Below are positions 1-12,591 of a stretch of 32,519 nt of DNA, piece by piece. Numbering within the stretch: position 1 is the stretch's first letter; the number at the start of each line of letters is the position of its first letter. The notes beneath the pieces are model-generated. The model saw only the letters and a list, made by a program, of their open reading frames with translations. It had not been told where the DNA came from and did no database searches. Made by a program: the position numbers and the translations under genes. The DNA is from Catajapyx aquilonaris. Its lineage: Eukaryota. The DNA lies in NCBI GenBank assembly GCA_000934665.2, contig KZ539131.1:1-32519 (forward strand), in the 5' to 3' direction.

Positions 1-800
1 CGGGGTCCGACATCAAAAAAATTTCATGTACGATGCAGTCACGATATGCACTTTCCAAAAAAAATGTCATTTGCTTGTTATACCCGAAGTGGTCACTAAA
101 CCCTTAAATAAGCGTCTTTTCCTTCAGTGACCGCTCGCCTATTAAGAGTGCCCTCCCTTGAGAAGCTCCCCTTCCCCCCCCCCCGGTCCTATCACGGGGT
201 ATTAAAAACAAAGCAAACATATTTTTTTCAAGAATTTTCGCTTCTTCATTAACTAGATATTGATATTTTAAAAATCAATATACCTACTTGTTGAGACTAT
301 AATATACCTTGTACTTCCTTAATATACACACACTCTTCTGGAAATGTTGGTTTGACATTTTGGTTTTATGCATCTGTAAAATTTTCATAATTCCCCGACA
401 TTGTCAGACATGATTGTTTTAATTTCGTATTTGTGACTATTAGAAAGTGGATAATATTTGTGCCTGGAAACGAGCAATTTTTGTTCTTCTTCCCTTTTGA
501 AGAATTGTTTCATGCGGATTTGAAAGTCTCCTTCTATCTCCTCTTGAGACTTCCACAACAAGCGATTTTCCCATTATTAATTAGAATATTAGATCAATTC
601 TGAGGGGAGTTCCGTTCGCTCGGTTTTTCTCTTAATCTTGTCGATTACATCAAAATGGCAATCATACAGTGCCGTAAGTTATTCGACATAACGGATCTGT
701 TGCCCTTTTGAAATGACCAGTTTTTGCATCATCGTATACTGTAGTTGTTGTTCATTTAATATCAGCATTACTTCTCTCATTACATAAGTGAAGCACTGCA

Positions 801-886
801 TTTTGGAGGAGGGTGCAGGAACGGTGCACGGATAAGAGGGAGTGCACCCTCTTATCCGTGCACCGTTTCTGCACCCTCCTCCAAAA
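801..886. repeat. Near-perfect 40-bp-arm hairpin
   Basis: 801-840 (TTTTGGAGGAGGGTGCAGGAACGGTGCACGGATAAGAGGG) is the reverse complement of 847-886 apart from one mismatch; 6-nt loop. Confidence 0.9.
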
Positions 887-965
887 AAAAGTGAGAAACA
901 CATCTCCGAAAGAATTTGTCCTCTAAAAATATACTGTAAGTGTTATTATTTCGATTAAACCTTAA

Positions 966-1471
966 AGGGACACTCCACTCAAAATACAAGTTCATCTGTA
1001 ATAAAAATCAGGTAAAAAAATCCTGATTCCGGTGATACCATCCGTTTATCTCTGAGACGAACGGTAATGTCAGGGGAAGAGACGAAAGTCGGAAAAAATT
1101 CGAGGTCTGTTCGAGAGTGGCGCCGCCTGGCCACCTGGCCAAGTTAGGCGACGTTGGACAGTATCGCCGCCCTTCCCAACGGCGACTTGGATAAGTTGCC
1201 TGCGGGTATGGGGATCCGTCGGGATCTGGTTGTGTCCGAAGCCAACTTCCCCTAGTGCCCGTTGGGAAGGGCGGCGCTACTATCCAACGTTGCCTAACTT
1301 GGCCAGGTGGCCAGGCGGCGCCACTCTCGAACAGACCTCGAATTTTTTCCGACTTTCGTCTCTTCCCCTGCCATTACCGTTCGTCTCAGAGATAAACGGA
1401 TGGTATCACCGGAATCAGGATTTTTTGCCTGATTTTTACAGATCAACTTGTATTTTGAGTGGAGTGTCCCT
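966..1471. mobile_element. Palindromic MITE, Kolobok/T2-like (TTAA TSD, AGGG termini)
   Basis: TTAA|AGGGACACTCCACTCAAAATACAAG...CTTGTATTTTGAGTGGAGTGTCCCT|TTAA. Inverted arms ~240 bp; same termini as 29818-31472. Confidence 0.85.
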
Positions 1472-2380
1472 TTAATGGTCTCAGAGCATAGATATCAGAG
1501 CAAGAGGGGGCGGTCACTTTTTGTGAAAAAAAGTCAAAAAATATTAATGGATCGATCCGATTTGTATCGGCCGTCCCAAACTCCCACCATACCGCTCCCC
1601 AAAGTGGGTTAATCTATATTATTAATACCCTACTGTGATGCCGATTCATCCCGCTGTGTACGGCCTACATCATTGGAAGTGATGTCAAAATTTAGCCTCG
1701 TGTCCTATATATATGTGCAATAAACTTTTTGGTTTTTGGAAATAGTGTCCAGGGAATTTATTAACCGCAAAAAAAACGCCTCCCGCCTTTAAAAAAACAA
1801 CCACCACGGAGTTCCCATAAACGCCAATGTAACAATTTATCCGCTGATTGAATTCACTCATGAGCAATTGGAGGTCATCTAGGAAACTTTTTAAGATCTT
1901 TTGGCAATAACGCCTAAAATGGAGAAGGCCCGAGAGACGCCAAAAAATTCGGTTTTTGATGACCCACAGAAAAGGATAGGGGCCCCTGTCGGATCCTCTG
2001 CAATGAATAGAGTGCAGAGATATCTCATTCTTCCTGATGAGGAGTGCACAAGCCATATTATGAATCGAAGATAAGGAGTTGAAAGCAGTAGACGAGTTGA
2101 TAGAGGAGTCGTCTACTGGCCAGAAGGACAGGCGTTCGATGCCTACTCGGGCATGCCATTTATTCCGTCTATTAAAATAAATATCAGGCTTCCACTAAAT
2201 GCGAGATGCGCCACTACTTCACAGTGCAGTGGTGTCCAGTTGAATATCGCGGACTTTTTAAAAAGTAGGCGGGGATGCGCAGAACGTCAACGCGATTTTA
2301 TAAGTGAGAATCATGTCGAATCCATCTGGACCACAGTCTGGAATATCTGCAACTTTTATCTCGCTTATTTAATGGAAAGA

Positions 2381-2607
2381 CCGAAGCAGTGGTGGCGGAG
2401 GGGATATGGTATCCGACTGCTAATCGGGAGGTCCTGGGTTCGAATCCCGGTGCCGGCAACTCTAACCGTGGTTTTCTGTGGTTTCCCACGGTTCCTCCAG
2501 GAGAATTTCGGAGTTGTTTCCTAAACTAATAGGCCACAGCCGCCTCCTTCCTTTCCTATCATATCCCATCAAAAAGCGCAGTAAAAACGAAACGAATAAG
2601 AGTTCCA
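2381..2607 (+). mobile_element. tRNA-derived SINE, family A (3' tail missing)
   Basis: A-box-like TGGCGGAGGGG, GACTGCTAATC arm, B-box GGTTCGAATCC. Nearly identical to the minus-strand copy at 31952-32244. Confidence 0.8.
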
Positions 2608-4177
2608 ATTGGAGACGGGAGAGGGGGTGAGGATTCCGGGGCGTGGGTGGGGTTCAAGGAGTGAAATTAGAGATGGGACCACAGTCATCCCGCAAGTGAA
2701 ATTAACTGGAAAACTTGCGTCATGTCGCATTAACAGTTGCAGAGAAAACTGCATGCGATGACGCATGTCATCAAGGACATCATGAGCATATGTCACCCAC
2801 ACTCAAACAATCACTTCAGTTGTCGTCATGATATGATGATGTATTATGATTCTATAAAATGCCTGAATTTTAAGTGGGAAATTGTGATTATTTACATATG
2901 CACCTTTGAAGTGGGCCACTTCCAAATCTAGGTGCCAACCGAGGTCCTGCGTCTCAGGCCAGGTGAGGGGTGAGAAGGTAGTCTCATGCAAAGAGGACGG
3001 TGCATGGACCAAGGAACAATGTATTACAGACTGTGAGAGGGTGGCCATCGACAGGCAAGTGAGATGAAGGCCTTGGTCGTCGCTGTAGTGGAAGAAATAG
3101 TCTCTATTGAAGAGGGGATCACGTCCTTTGTCGTTAAGGGAACAGCTGGGTGTTGGTGATACAGTTCTGTAAAGCAATGAGTGATAGAAGCAGTCGTTTT
3201 GTTGTAATGCTTCCAATTGATTATTCATTAGTGTCGGGTTGGTGCTGGTATAGTGAAACTGATAGTTTTGGGGTGCTGCACGATTTCTTGAGGTTGAGTG
3301 CCAATGTGCTGCGGATTATTACGTTCATGCATTGTCGGTTTTGGCGTGAATACGTCTTTAAAATCGGATCCGCATAGGAGGGGGCATGCAGGCAAACTCA
3401 TTCAACAGCTGGTGCAACCCACTAGCATTCACTTCGGGCAGACCCAGTATCACGCCCAGGATGATTCCGAAAACATTTTGAATTGGACTCCTGAAATGGA
3501 AAAGGCCCATGAAACTCCCAGAAATGAGATTTTTGTGACTATAACAGCAAAAAAGGGCCTTCTCACCATCCAACCTCCATCTGTCGGGTGTTCTGAAATG
3601 AGTAGGTTGCAGAGATACCCCGTTCATTTCTGAAGGTAAGAAGCGTGCACTCGAGTTGCCTGGATCTCAGGCTCGTGGTTAGCGCAGCCTCTTTTTTGGG
3701 AGTTCGAGACCTTCTGCGATCATTTCCCCCCCTGCTTTAGTAAAATATAGTTTGTCAACATCCAGCACACACGGTCTCAATTTTGCAAGAGTCAGGGTTA
3801 AAAATTAATAAAGTACACTCAAAATGTCCACCCACTGCACTGGGTGGATGTGCGCAGAATGTGAGGCGGTTTTCATATTATACTGCATTTTCCCTCCGTC
3901 ACCCTTTACCACAGGAGATTTTATTATTATTGTACAGTACTTCCTTCGTAAGATATGGGCCGGAGTCGTGGTAGCAAAAGCTGTTAATAATTACACTATT
4001 TATTGGAGAAAAAAGTGTTGATACTGGACCCGCATCGAACCTTCGCCTACCCGCAGCCCGAAACAGCTCAGTAACAATATATTTACTGTAGGCTACACGC
4101 TACACTGCTACAGTACCCCTTTTCTCGCGTATTGTGAGTCCCCACCATGCTGTGTGGGTTGCCCTGACATTTCATTT

Positions 4178-4531
4178 TTTTTTTAATTATTTATTTTACC
4201 CCGTGATGTCCCTTATGGGGGCTATAGGGGGGTGGCATACCACCATCAGTTTTCTGATATATTTTCGCTTCGATCACCGGTGCAAGGAAACAGGGACAAT
4301 GGGAAAGGATAGGGATTTTTGGGGAGGGAACATGGGTGCAAGGTGCAATGTCGTAGCTATAATGGGTCATGTGCTGTTCCCCAGGAGGTTAGGTTGCCAG
4401 ACACCTCCTTGGTGCAGGTCAGAGACCCTCCTGACGCAGGTGAAAGGAAAGTTCCCCAGGCGGGGATCGAACCTGGGGCCTTTCACTCAGCAAGCCGTGA
4501 CGTTACCATCACGGCCACCACACCTCCCCCA
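4178..4531 (-). mobile_element. tRNA-derived SINE, family B, with 13-bp TSD
   Basis: B-box GGTTCGATCCC and A-rich tail on the minus strand. TSD TGACATTTCATTT at 4165-4177 and 4532-4544. Homologous copies at 31.6-31.95 kb and 19.2-20.06 kb. Confidence 0.88.
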
Positions 4532-4679
4532 TGACATTTCATTTGTACCTAGTATAAAATCATTTAGTATTTAATTACATTCAAGTATTTATTGCCCATC
4601 ACTGATTGAGGTGCACAAAATCCCCTAACCCATGCATACAGTATACATTGTATAAAATAGCCCTCACTCGCCTGCCGCC

Positions 4680-6528
4680 GTAGATTCTCGATGGTGGCGC
4701 CATTGGCGGTCTAAAGCACAAGTTCTGGCAGGAAACTGTGTATATGGCCAGTGGGGTCGGAACGTCCGAAATAGTGGAAGAATATTTCGCTTCTGGCAGA
4801 GCAGATGCCATTTACGGTGCTGATACTACATCCCTTCGTGAACGTTTATAGCCCCAGACCCCAAGTTTTTAGGCTCTAATTAGCCCGTAATTAATTTATC
4901 AAAATGGCGGTCATCAAGAATAATATATTTCGGAATACCGCTCTTATTCATAGCTATTTATCATGTATGTCATGTTATTTTCACACAAGTTGGAGGGTAA
5001 AACTCCATCGAAATAATAAATAATTTAAAAGGGCCATTTAATCATTATAACATTAAATAACACCGCCAAAAGTCGGAAAATAAACTTTTCAGCTACCGGT
5101 ACATGACTCCATGATCATGTTTGGTATGAAATCATGTGTTTTTGAGGGTGCAGAATTCAGTGGTGGTACCGAAAATAGTACCAGACAATCCCAGAAGTAA
5201 TACAGTGAAACCTGTCTATAACGGACCCTGCATATAGCGGAAACTTGTCCATGACGGAAAATTTTTAGGGTCTCGATTCTGCTATACATAGCCACACACA
5301 GCCACCACCAGATACTTGGGGATGGAAAAAATTTATTTGTGGCTGTGGTAAACCAGGGTCAACTATTGCAGATGTCGCGAAAATCTCGGAAGAGCTGATC
5401 GCAAGTGGACCCTGCAAGAAACGGTGCTCTTTATGTAAATTCGCGAAAAACTTATTTTTTCAATGTACCCTGTTACGCTCATGTGAAGGTCGATGTTCAA
5501 GAAATGCGATGTTTACGAATGGTTCTGATTGCATTACCCAGTGGTCGGATGGGATGCTCTCATGCTCAGACTAATTTTTTTAAAAAACTTAACACATCTT
5601 ATCTTCCTAAAATGCACATTAGCTGTATAATTAATTCCACTTCTAGTGTCTGATGGTATGTGTAAAATGAAAACATAGGTACCCCCGCGAGCATAAAGAT
5701 AGAGATGGCAGGCCCTTTTTTGACCTTTCTTTATCCCACTCAAATTAATGAACTATTTTTTGACCGAGTTAGCTGCTTCAGGCTTGTGTTCATGTATTTA
5801 TGACAGTATATTTGATACTGTAATTGCTGAGATTGGCAGAGCAGCCTGCCGAAGGTGAGGGCCTGCCGTCTCCATCTTTATGCTCGCGGGTGTACATCTT
5901 TATAAAGAGTTTATTACAATGAAACTTGTGTATAGCAGAATCGAGACCCTAAAAATTTTCCGTGATGGACAGGTTTCCGCTATAAGCAGGGTCAGTTATA
6001 GACAGGTTTCACTGTATTACTTCTGGAATTGTCTGGTACTATTTTCGGTGCCACCACTGAATTCTGCACCCTCAAAAACACATGATTTCATACCAAACAT
6101 GACCATGTAGCTGAAAAGTTTATTTTCCGACTTTTGGCTGCCTTATTTAATGTTATAACGATAAAATGTCCCTTTAAAATTATTTAATATTTCGATAGAG
6201 TTTTACACTCCAACGTGTGTGAAAATAACATGTCATACATGATAAATATCCGTAAATAAGAGTGGAATTCCGCAATATATATTTCCTGAATACCACCATT
6301 TTGATGAATTAATTACGGGCTAATTAGAGCCTTATAACTTGTGGTCTGGGGCTATTTACGTTCAGGAAGGGATGTAGTATCAGCACAGTAAATGGCATCT
6401 TCTCTGCCAGAAGTGAAATATTATTGTGACTTCCGACCCCACTGTGTGAGCCAAGCACGAGTCGCCCTTCTTTCCTGTCAAAACTGCACTTTCCGGCCGC
6501 TAGACGGCTCCACCGTCTGAGAATCTAC
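4680..6528. mobile_element. Large palindromic (foldback) element with ~520-bp outer arms; exact termini uncertain
   Basis: 4680-5202 is a diverged reverse complement of 6015-6528 (e.g. GGCTCTAATTAGCCCGTAATTAAT / ATTAATTACGGGCTAATTAGAGCC). Confidence 0.8.
5203..6014. mobile_element. pogo/Tigger-like (Tc1/mariner superfamily) MITE, TA TSD
   Basis: TA|CAGTGAAACCTGTCTATAAC...GTTATAGACAGGTTTCACTG|TA; inverted arms ~87 bp. Confidence 0.85.
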
Positions 6529-7133
6529 CTGTCCATTGCGAGATGTGACCTGCCTAGCACCCCAGGTCATCACTCCTGAACCCGCGAAAGGTCCAACCCA
6601 AGGCATGTAATCAATCCACTATCCACCTACGTACGCACAGCTACAATAGTATGGGAAAAATAATTATTATGTCCTTACTTCTAGGATTCCCGCAGACGGG
6701 CAGGTCCCACTACCTCCATTTCAGGAGACCCACTAACCCTTGGCTTCTCAATAGATCCCTCTTGAAATTGATAAATATTTTTTAAACAAAAATAATAAAT
6801 AATCAAAAATCGAAACTGCTGATCATATACACCACGAATACCAGTACTATGATTACCAACGGGATAGTCTACATGTCTATCAGATCATGCGAGATTAAAA
6901 ACACACAATGAGTGTCCTCTTTTTCCTATTCCTTGCATGTGTGCACTTCCTCTCATCCCCAAAGTGTGATATTGCAATATGACAAAACTGCTGACAATTA
7001 ATTTTGGCCATTGTAGCCATGACGGAATAATGTATGTTCAATTTTGTCATACACGCGAATGACGGGGGCCATCCTGCAGCTTCATTCCATCCCAAACCCC
7101 CCAGTTCATGGGTTGCCTGATGCAAAGGTACTA

Positions 7134-7269
7134 TCAGGTTCAAATACTTTTGGCCACTTCATCCTGGTCTTGAAGCAACCCTTCACACAAACACACCTCC
7201 TTAACGTGGGGTCTGTACGAAGGGTTGCTTCAAGACCAGGATAAAGTGGCCTAAAGTATTTGAACCCGA
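7134..7269. mobile_element. Small hairpin MITE, TA-flanked (mariner-like ends)
   Basis: TA|TCAGGTTCAAATACTTT...CCTGGTCTTGAAGCAACCCTTC / GAAGGGTTGCTTCAAGACCAGG...AAAGTATTTGAACCCGA|TA. Confidence 0.7.
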
Positions 7270-7954
7270 TAATAGGCTACTTACTGTTATAGCAAATAAT
7301 ATAGTGGGTTCAAAAAGTGAAAGAAATGCTGGTCCATAACGCATAGGATATTCTCTATATTATAGATTTGGACAATATCAAAACGTTTACATGACCTAAT
7401 TATCAAGAGAACTAAAAACACTTCTGCTTGCAACTCATTTATGCACAACCATCCAAGCATGGTGTTCAGTAAATCCTACATGATGTGACTTACAGCTGGT
7501 ATTACTGCATGGCTATCCTGATGATTTCATATATTGTTATTGCGAGGGGACCACTATTCTTTAAATAACTGCCAATCCTCCGTTTGACCAAGCTCTTGGT
7601 TTGACAAAAGGCTGATTCATCCCTTCAGGTTGATGATGGCTGATCAGCAAAGCCTGAAGATGCCCATGAGCCAGGAGGTAAGCCCAGCACTCTTTGTACA
7701 CTACTAGAAAAAAATAGCTTTGTACCCCCAGAAGCAGGCTATTTTTTACAGTAGTAGGAAATGAAGTATTCCGAGTGCTCTCAAATATATATGCTGCCCT
7801 CTTTTTATTATTTTGTCCGTGCAACCCCAAGAGGATGGCACCAGGATGGCACGATGGAGACTGACAAGGGACATGAGACCACTTCCTGCGGTATATACTT
7901 ACTCCCCCACCTGAGAGTGGAAAAGCTCAATGCAGTGATAAGAATTCTAAAGCA

Positions 7955-8290
7955 GGGGTTGAATGCTAGTATTCCTCCGGGTTCTTGTGGCGCCTCGTAC
8001 TTGAGCAGTTGAGGGCCCTGTAATCCGATCCATATGTTCCTCCCAGTACCAGAGAGAGGATCATTAGAGGCAATCTTGAACTCCTCCTCTGCAGGATGGC
8101 CAGTATGACCATCAGGACGATGGCCAGCAACAGATCCAGCAGGGTGAGAGTATTGCTGCAGCTTCTAAGGTGCTACCCTACTATCCACCACCACATGTGA
8201 CCCAGCTGGGGCAGACAAAACGGTGCAGGAACTAGGCAACTGATGTACTCAGCAAGCATCACCTACCCTACTTTCACGCCCAAACTTTGT
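7955..8290 (+). pseudogene. Possible highly decayed mariner-type transposase fragment
   Basis: Frameshifted peptides in order VLLQ...PPHV...TVQELG..DVL..HHLPY resemble the mariner catalytic region LLHDNARPH...LQELGWEVLPHPPYSPDL; eye match only. Confidence 0.3.
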
Positions 8291-8689
8291 TGGATGCCAT
8301 AACTCATTAAACTGTTTCCTGTGTGCAGAAATGAATTGCAAAGTGATACTACTGCATTTTAAAATAAGATAAGATCAACATATTCTACTCTTTATTATTC
8401 CAACAGCACAATCCCTTGTATTTCATGCATGGTGATGGGACATTTTTCTTGGTGTCTTCACTTGAGCCATATTTCACACTGCAATATGAGGCGGCGGTGG
8501 CCAAAATTGACTATCTTTGCCTAACCACATTCCAAGTAATTGACACCTTTTCAGTTCCAATTAGCATAGCTGTAAATGTGTTTCCTAGATTTCCTCCTTT
8601 TGTTTTGGAGCCAAGATCAACATCTCTTCCCAACATCATTTGGGGAGATGTAACAGTACATTGATGGGACCACGTCTTATAATACTCGG

Positions 8690-8971
8690 GTCCGGACTCT
8701 CCCCTTCTTATCGTGTGCCATTATCAGGGCCCAACTGTAGGGAGTGGGGTAGCCGATTAGGCGCTGGTGTTGCTGCTGCACAAAGCGATGGTGGCTATCC
8801 TGGCAGGGGAAGCCTCCCAAACTGCCAATTCAAATCTGGCCTTCTCCAAGGCCTTGGTGCACGTGTGATACCAGTGCCTCATCGGCATCCCCACTCTCTA
8901 TAGGTGTGACTCGTGTGAGCAAGTAAGCTCACAGGGGTCTCAATAAGGCTGGGGTAAGAGTGTCTGGGGGN
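8690..8971. mobile_element. Degenerate palindromic element related to 11312-11666
   Basis: TAGGGAGTGGGGTAGCCGATTAGGCGCTGGT is inverted against ACCAGTGCCTCATCGGCATCCCCACTCTCTA. Right end AAGCTCACAGGGG...GAGTGTCYGGGGG is shared with the 11.6-kb element. Confidence 0.55.
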
Positions 8972-9018
8972 GAGGGGGGGGGGGGGGGGAGATGGGACCA
9001 TTCACTGGACATATTATA

Positions 9019-9228
9019 CAGGGTGTCTCAACTTTTTTGTCCGAACAGTTATCGGAAATATTGCACTAAGCTGCTTATTTGTTAGCAGTGACTTGCAACC
9101 AGTGATGCTTCAGTGGCTTTATCAGTTGAGGGATGTGCCAGGAATGTTGGGGCATATTCTGGCTACATAGCTAGAAGCTACATAGGCTTTTCCGATAACT
9201 GTTAGGACAAAAATGTTGAGACACCCTG
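9019..9228. mobile_element. Tc1/mariner-like MITE (CAGGGTG termini, TA TSD)
   Basis: TA|CAGGGTGTCTCAAC...AACAGTTATCGGAAA / TTTCCGATAACTGTT...GTTGAGACACCCTG|TA. Confidence 0.85.
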
Positions 9229-10256
9229 TATGTAGAGTAATGAATACTGTAACTTATGCAGGAAGACTCAGTATTGCCTGGTGATGACCTATCAATGATT
9301 CTGCAATTATTTTATATTCATGTCCAACTATACTGCCAACATAATTGATATCATGTAGGGCTACAGCAGGCTATATCAATTCACATCATCAACTGTTCAT
9401 CAGAAGATAATTGCAACTACAGCCTTCACAAACTGGTTACGAAATATTTGTAATTTCATCAAATCTTCTATTATTATTATGTAGTAATTAAAACTGCCAT
9501 CTCTCCCCCTCATAAATCCTAATATATCACAATATTTATAGCCTTTAGGCACAAGATTCAACGGCATGTGCCTTTCAATTTTCTTCAACTTGGATCTCGA
9601 AGCTCATCAACATTACATTTCCTCACAAATCACTTTCCACTTCACTAGTGAAAAAATGATCAAGCTCAACCTTCATTTCATCACACTGTTGTCTATTAAT
9701 GCAAAAGTAATATACTGGTCCAGATACTGTTGCATCAACTCCAGATACAGTTATTTGAATCATTGATTAGTAGTAGCTTCCTCAAAGCTCTTCAGCATAT
9801 GCATTGGCAACATGCTGAAGAAATATTGTATATGTCAGCTATCAGCCTACTGACATTCTCAGCAATTTGTGTTACCACAATATATTACTAACTGCAGGAT
9901 TATTTCATAAGTGACTTTGCTGTCTCATAGTATACTGTATGTACTGCTGAAGCTAGTGGGATTTGCTCTCTCATAAATCATACCTCAAACTGTAAAAAAT
10001 AAGCATTACTTGATAACCCCATCATGCACAAATGTTAAAAATCCAGTCATTCATTAATATCACATTGTAGTGAATTATGTTTACCCCTACATATATAGTA
10101 CTTTATTGACTGTTCACACTATTACAGAATTCAGTCACGAAATTCTCGCAAAAGCAGAAACCCAAGTCCCTCCTCTGTGCATAGACTTGACCTACTTTAA
10201 TGTCTTGGCTAAAATTCTGAACTGAAGATGAATGGGAAACAATAGTTTCCTACACA

Positions 10257-11224
10257 TCGACGCCTAAGGATTATATTGTCGTATGTCCACTTTTCTTAAC
10301 TTCACAGGAGGGAGCTGCAAAGTTTCGTGTCACCAGTTCCGTTTGCATTTTAACCTATGGAAATGATTTTCATACCGGAGATCATAGATATCAAGACCTT
10401 CATTTATGCTTCGTATCATCGTTGACGAATAACAGGAACAGTGGAAATCAGGGCTTCCGGTTTGGAGATACGACATTAGTACGTAACTTTGGTAGGAATA
10501 CTCAACTCTTTGCTGGAGATACAACATTGCAATGAAGTATATTTCCTACGAAAATGTTTTTATTGATCAATGTTTCAAAATACACCTCAACAGTATGAGG
10601 CATGAACTTGAACATACCTTTAAATTCCAAATAATGCTTCAAAATACACTTCAACAGTATATGAGGCATGAACTTGATCCAAGGGGGTAATCACTTCGGT
10701 ACTCCGGTGTACACCTGGGAGTGGTACTCCCTGGTACTCCTCAGGCACCTCACTCTTTATTACTCCGTGGTACTCCTTGAATTTGGTACTCCAGTGTACA
10801 CTTTTCAGTCGAGTGATTACCCCTTTGACTTGATCATCATTACCTTTGCATTACAAAAAATGGGTCAAGGTACATTTAATCTCAGTCAGAGGCATGAACT
10901 GGAACATGATATTATTTTTTACGTATCAACAATTGAAAGAACACTCTATCAACTTGAGGCATGAACTTCAGCATAGCTTTGAAATCTTTATTTTTCTCAG
11001 ATGATGCCTGGTGATTGGATTATGGAGATACGATAAACTTGCACGAAGGAATCCAAGCTTTGGGAGATACGACAATATTCCACTGCTTGTTACGGACGCA
11101 TTTTTGCGTCTTTGCATGAAACAGTGATTGGAGATACAACTTTACGTGTTCGGCTATTTGAACATATGAGAATCTCTGAATGGACCAAAAGTGGACATAC
11201 GACAATATAATCCTTAGGCGTCGA
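10257..11224. mobile_element. Non-autonomous DNA transposon with 38-bp perfect inverted repeats and internal short repeats
   Basis: TCGACGCCTAAGGATTATATTGTCGTATGTCCACTTTT (10257-10294) and its exact reverse complement (11187-11224). Internal GGAGATAC x5 and GAGGCATGAACT x4. Confidence 0.8.
10680..10827. mobile_element. 148-bp MITE with 8-bp TSD, P-element-like (CANRG) or hAT-like ends
   Basis: TSD ACTTGATC at 10672-10679 and 10828-10835. TIRs CAAGGGGGTAATCACT / AGTGATTACCCCTTTG. Internal GTACTCC repeats. Confidence 0.8.
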
Positions 11225-11311
11225 CATATTACAAGAAAACCTTTTCAAGATAGTCAATTGGCCATGCTGAATGTATCCATTTTCCATTTGCTGCTCCACT
11301 ACTCTGTCACA

Positions 11312-11666
11312 CCTCCCAGACACTCCCCACCATTTTTGTGTAAGCTTAACACTGCTCCCCCACCGAGGGGGTTAGCCACGGGCAGCAAAGGGATCAAGAG
11401 CAAAGATAGGTGGGCCGCCACTAGCAGACACTTGTGAACCAAATGGGTCGACTCGAATAGGCTGGAGTGGTTAAGACCTCCAGAGGCCTCCTATACTACC
11501 CCAGCCAATCGGAGTCGAGCTGAGTGCTTCAGGACTTGCCCGCTAGTGGCGGCGCACCTATCTCGGCTCTTGATCCCAGCAACGCCCGTGGCAAACCCTG
11601 TCAGTGGGGAATCAGAGCTAAGCTCACAGGGGGAGCAATGTATAAGGTATACGAGTGTCCGGGGGG
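11312..11666. mobile_element. Degenerate palindromic element
   Basis: GGGATCAAGAGC..AGATAGGTGGGCCGCCACTAGC is inverted against GCTAGTGGCGGCGCACCTATCT..GCTCTTGATCCC; outer CCAGACACTC / GAGTGTCCGG. Confidence 0.65.
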
Positions 11667-11838
11667 TCCTCTGTCAATAATCATACTTATTTAGCAGAAC
11701 ACTGTCTGTGGACTTGGTTAACCATAACGACTTCAATACATGAATTCTGTCTGGGCATATTTATGAACAAGTATAATCTTCATGGTTTCCATCAGCCCCC
11801 TGGCACTCATAACTCAGCTCTATAATTATAGAAACCGC

Positions 11839-12307
11839 CGTTCACAGGGATTGACGGGGTGGTAGTGTGTGGGAGAGCCACTGCAGCACTGCTCAGGTTC
11901 TAGCTCAGGGTACGACATGCCTGCCACGAACCTCGTGGGCGACCCTGCATTTAGTAGAAGAGAAGATCCAGAACGGATGCACATGTGCTCAGGCCCTGGC
12001 AGTGGTTTAAACAAGGACCATGTTGGACTATTGTGTGCTGTGCATATGTCGTAGGCCTGCACCCATGGTTTGAAGGCTTCAAGTCTCACAGTCTTGGAGA
12101 AGACTAGATTTGAATTAGTGCTTTTGGAGGCTGATACGTGCGGATAGGTGATTCAATTGATGGCATCAATGCGAAGCACTTCTCTTCTACTAGTAAGTGC
12201 AGAGGAGCCCACTAGGTTCATGGCAGGCACATTGTACCCCGAGCTAGAACCTGAGCAGTGCTGTCACAGCTCTCCTACCCACTACCACCCGTCAGCCCCC
12301 TGAACGC
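11839..12307. mobile_element. Palindromic element with ~125-bp arms
   Basis: CAGCACTGCTCAGGTTCTAGCTC (~11884) is inverted against GAGCTAGAACCTGAGCAGTGCTG (~12241); flanking blocks also pair. Confidence 0.7.
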
Positions 12308-12591
12308 GATCAGAGGAGTGACCAGACCAGTATATTCTAAGACTGTGGTTCCCATTCACTGGAAGTACCAGCAACCCCCGACTTGTATAAAAAAGTTATG
12401 ACATGCCAAAAAATGACAAAATTGACAAAACAATCTGATAATAATGTACGAAATGAAGCACATGGCAATTCGAACCTGCCTGCCAAGATGCATTCCCGCC
12501 CTCAGATGCGACCTTCTGGCTTCTAGCAGGGAATCCCTTCCCACTCACAAGGGGTCCACAATATTGAATGTGATAGTGGCTCCAGTATATA

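Noticed and set aside
1..110. Possible element end CCC|TTAA near 101-107
   Set aside because: Any partner terminus lies outside the window, so it cannot be supported.
2381..2456. tRNA-Ser(GCT)-like sequence, also at 17512 and 32244; other tRNA-like heads at 4531, 15354, 25295
   Set aside because: Lacks the long variable arm and a clean cloverleaf, and continues into a shared SINE body with tails and TSDs; these are SINE heads, not tRNA genes.
2803..3633. Overlapping 75-141 aa ORFs on both strands
   Set aside because: No recognisable motif or consistent splice model; possibly a decayed retroelement but unsupported.
4134..4574. ORFs with near-identical peptides at 4.1-4.6, 19.5-20.0 and 31.5-32.1 kb
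   Set aside because: The similarity comes from copies of SINE family B, not a protein family.
5089..6110. Two inverted ORFs encoding the same ~60-aa peptide
   Set aside because: A by-product of the palindromic arms; likewise the paired ORFs at 29672-30148 and 31006-31447.
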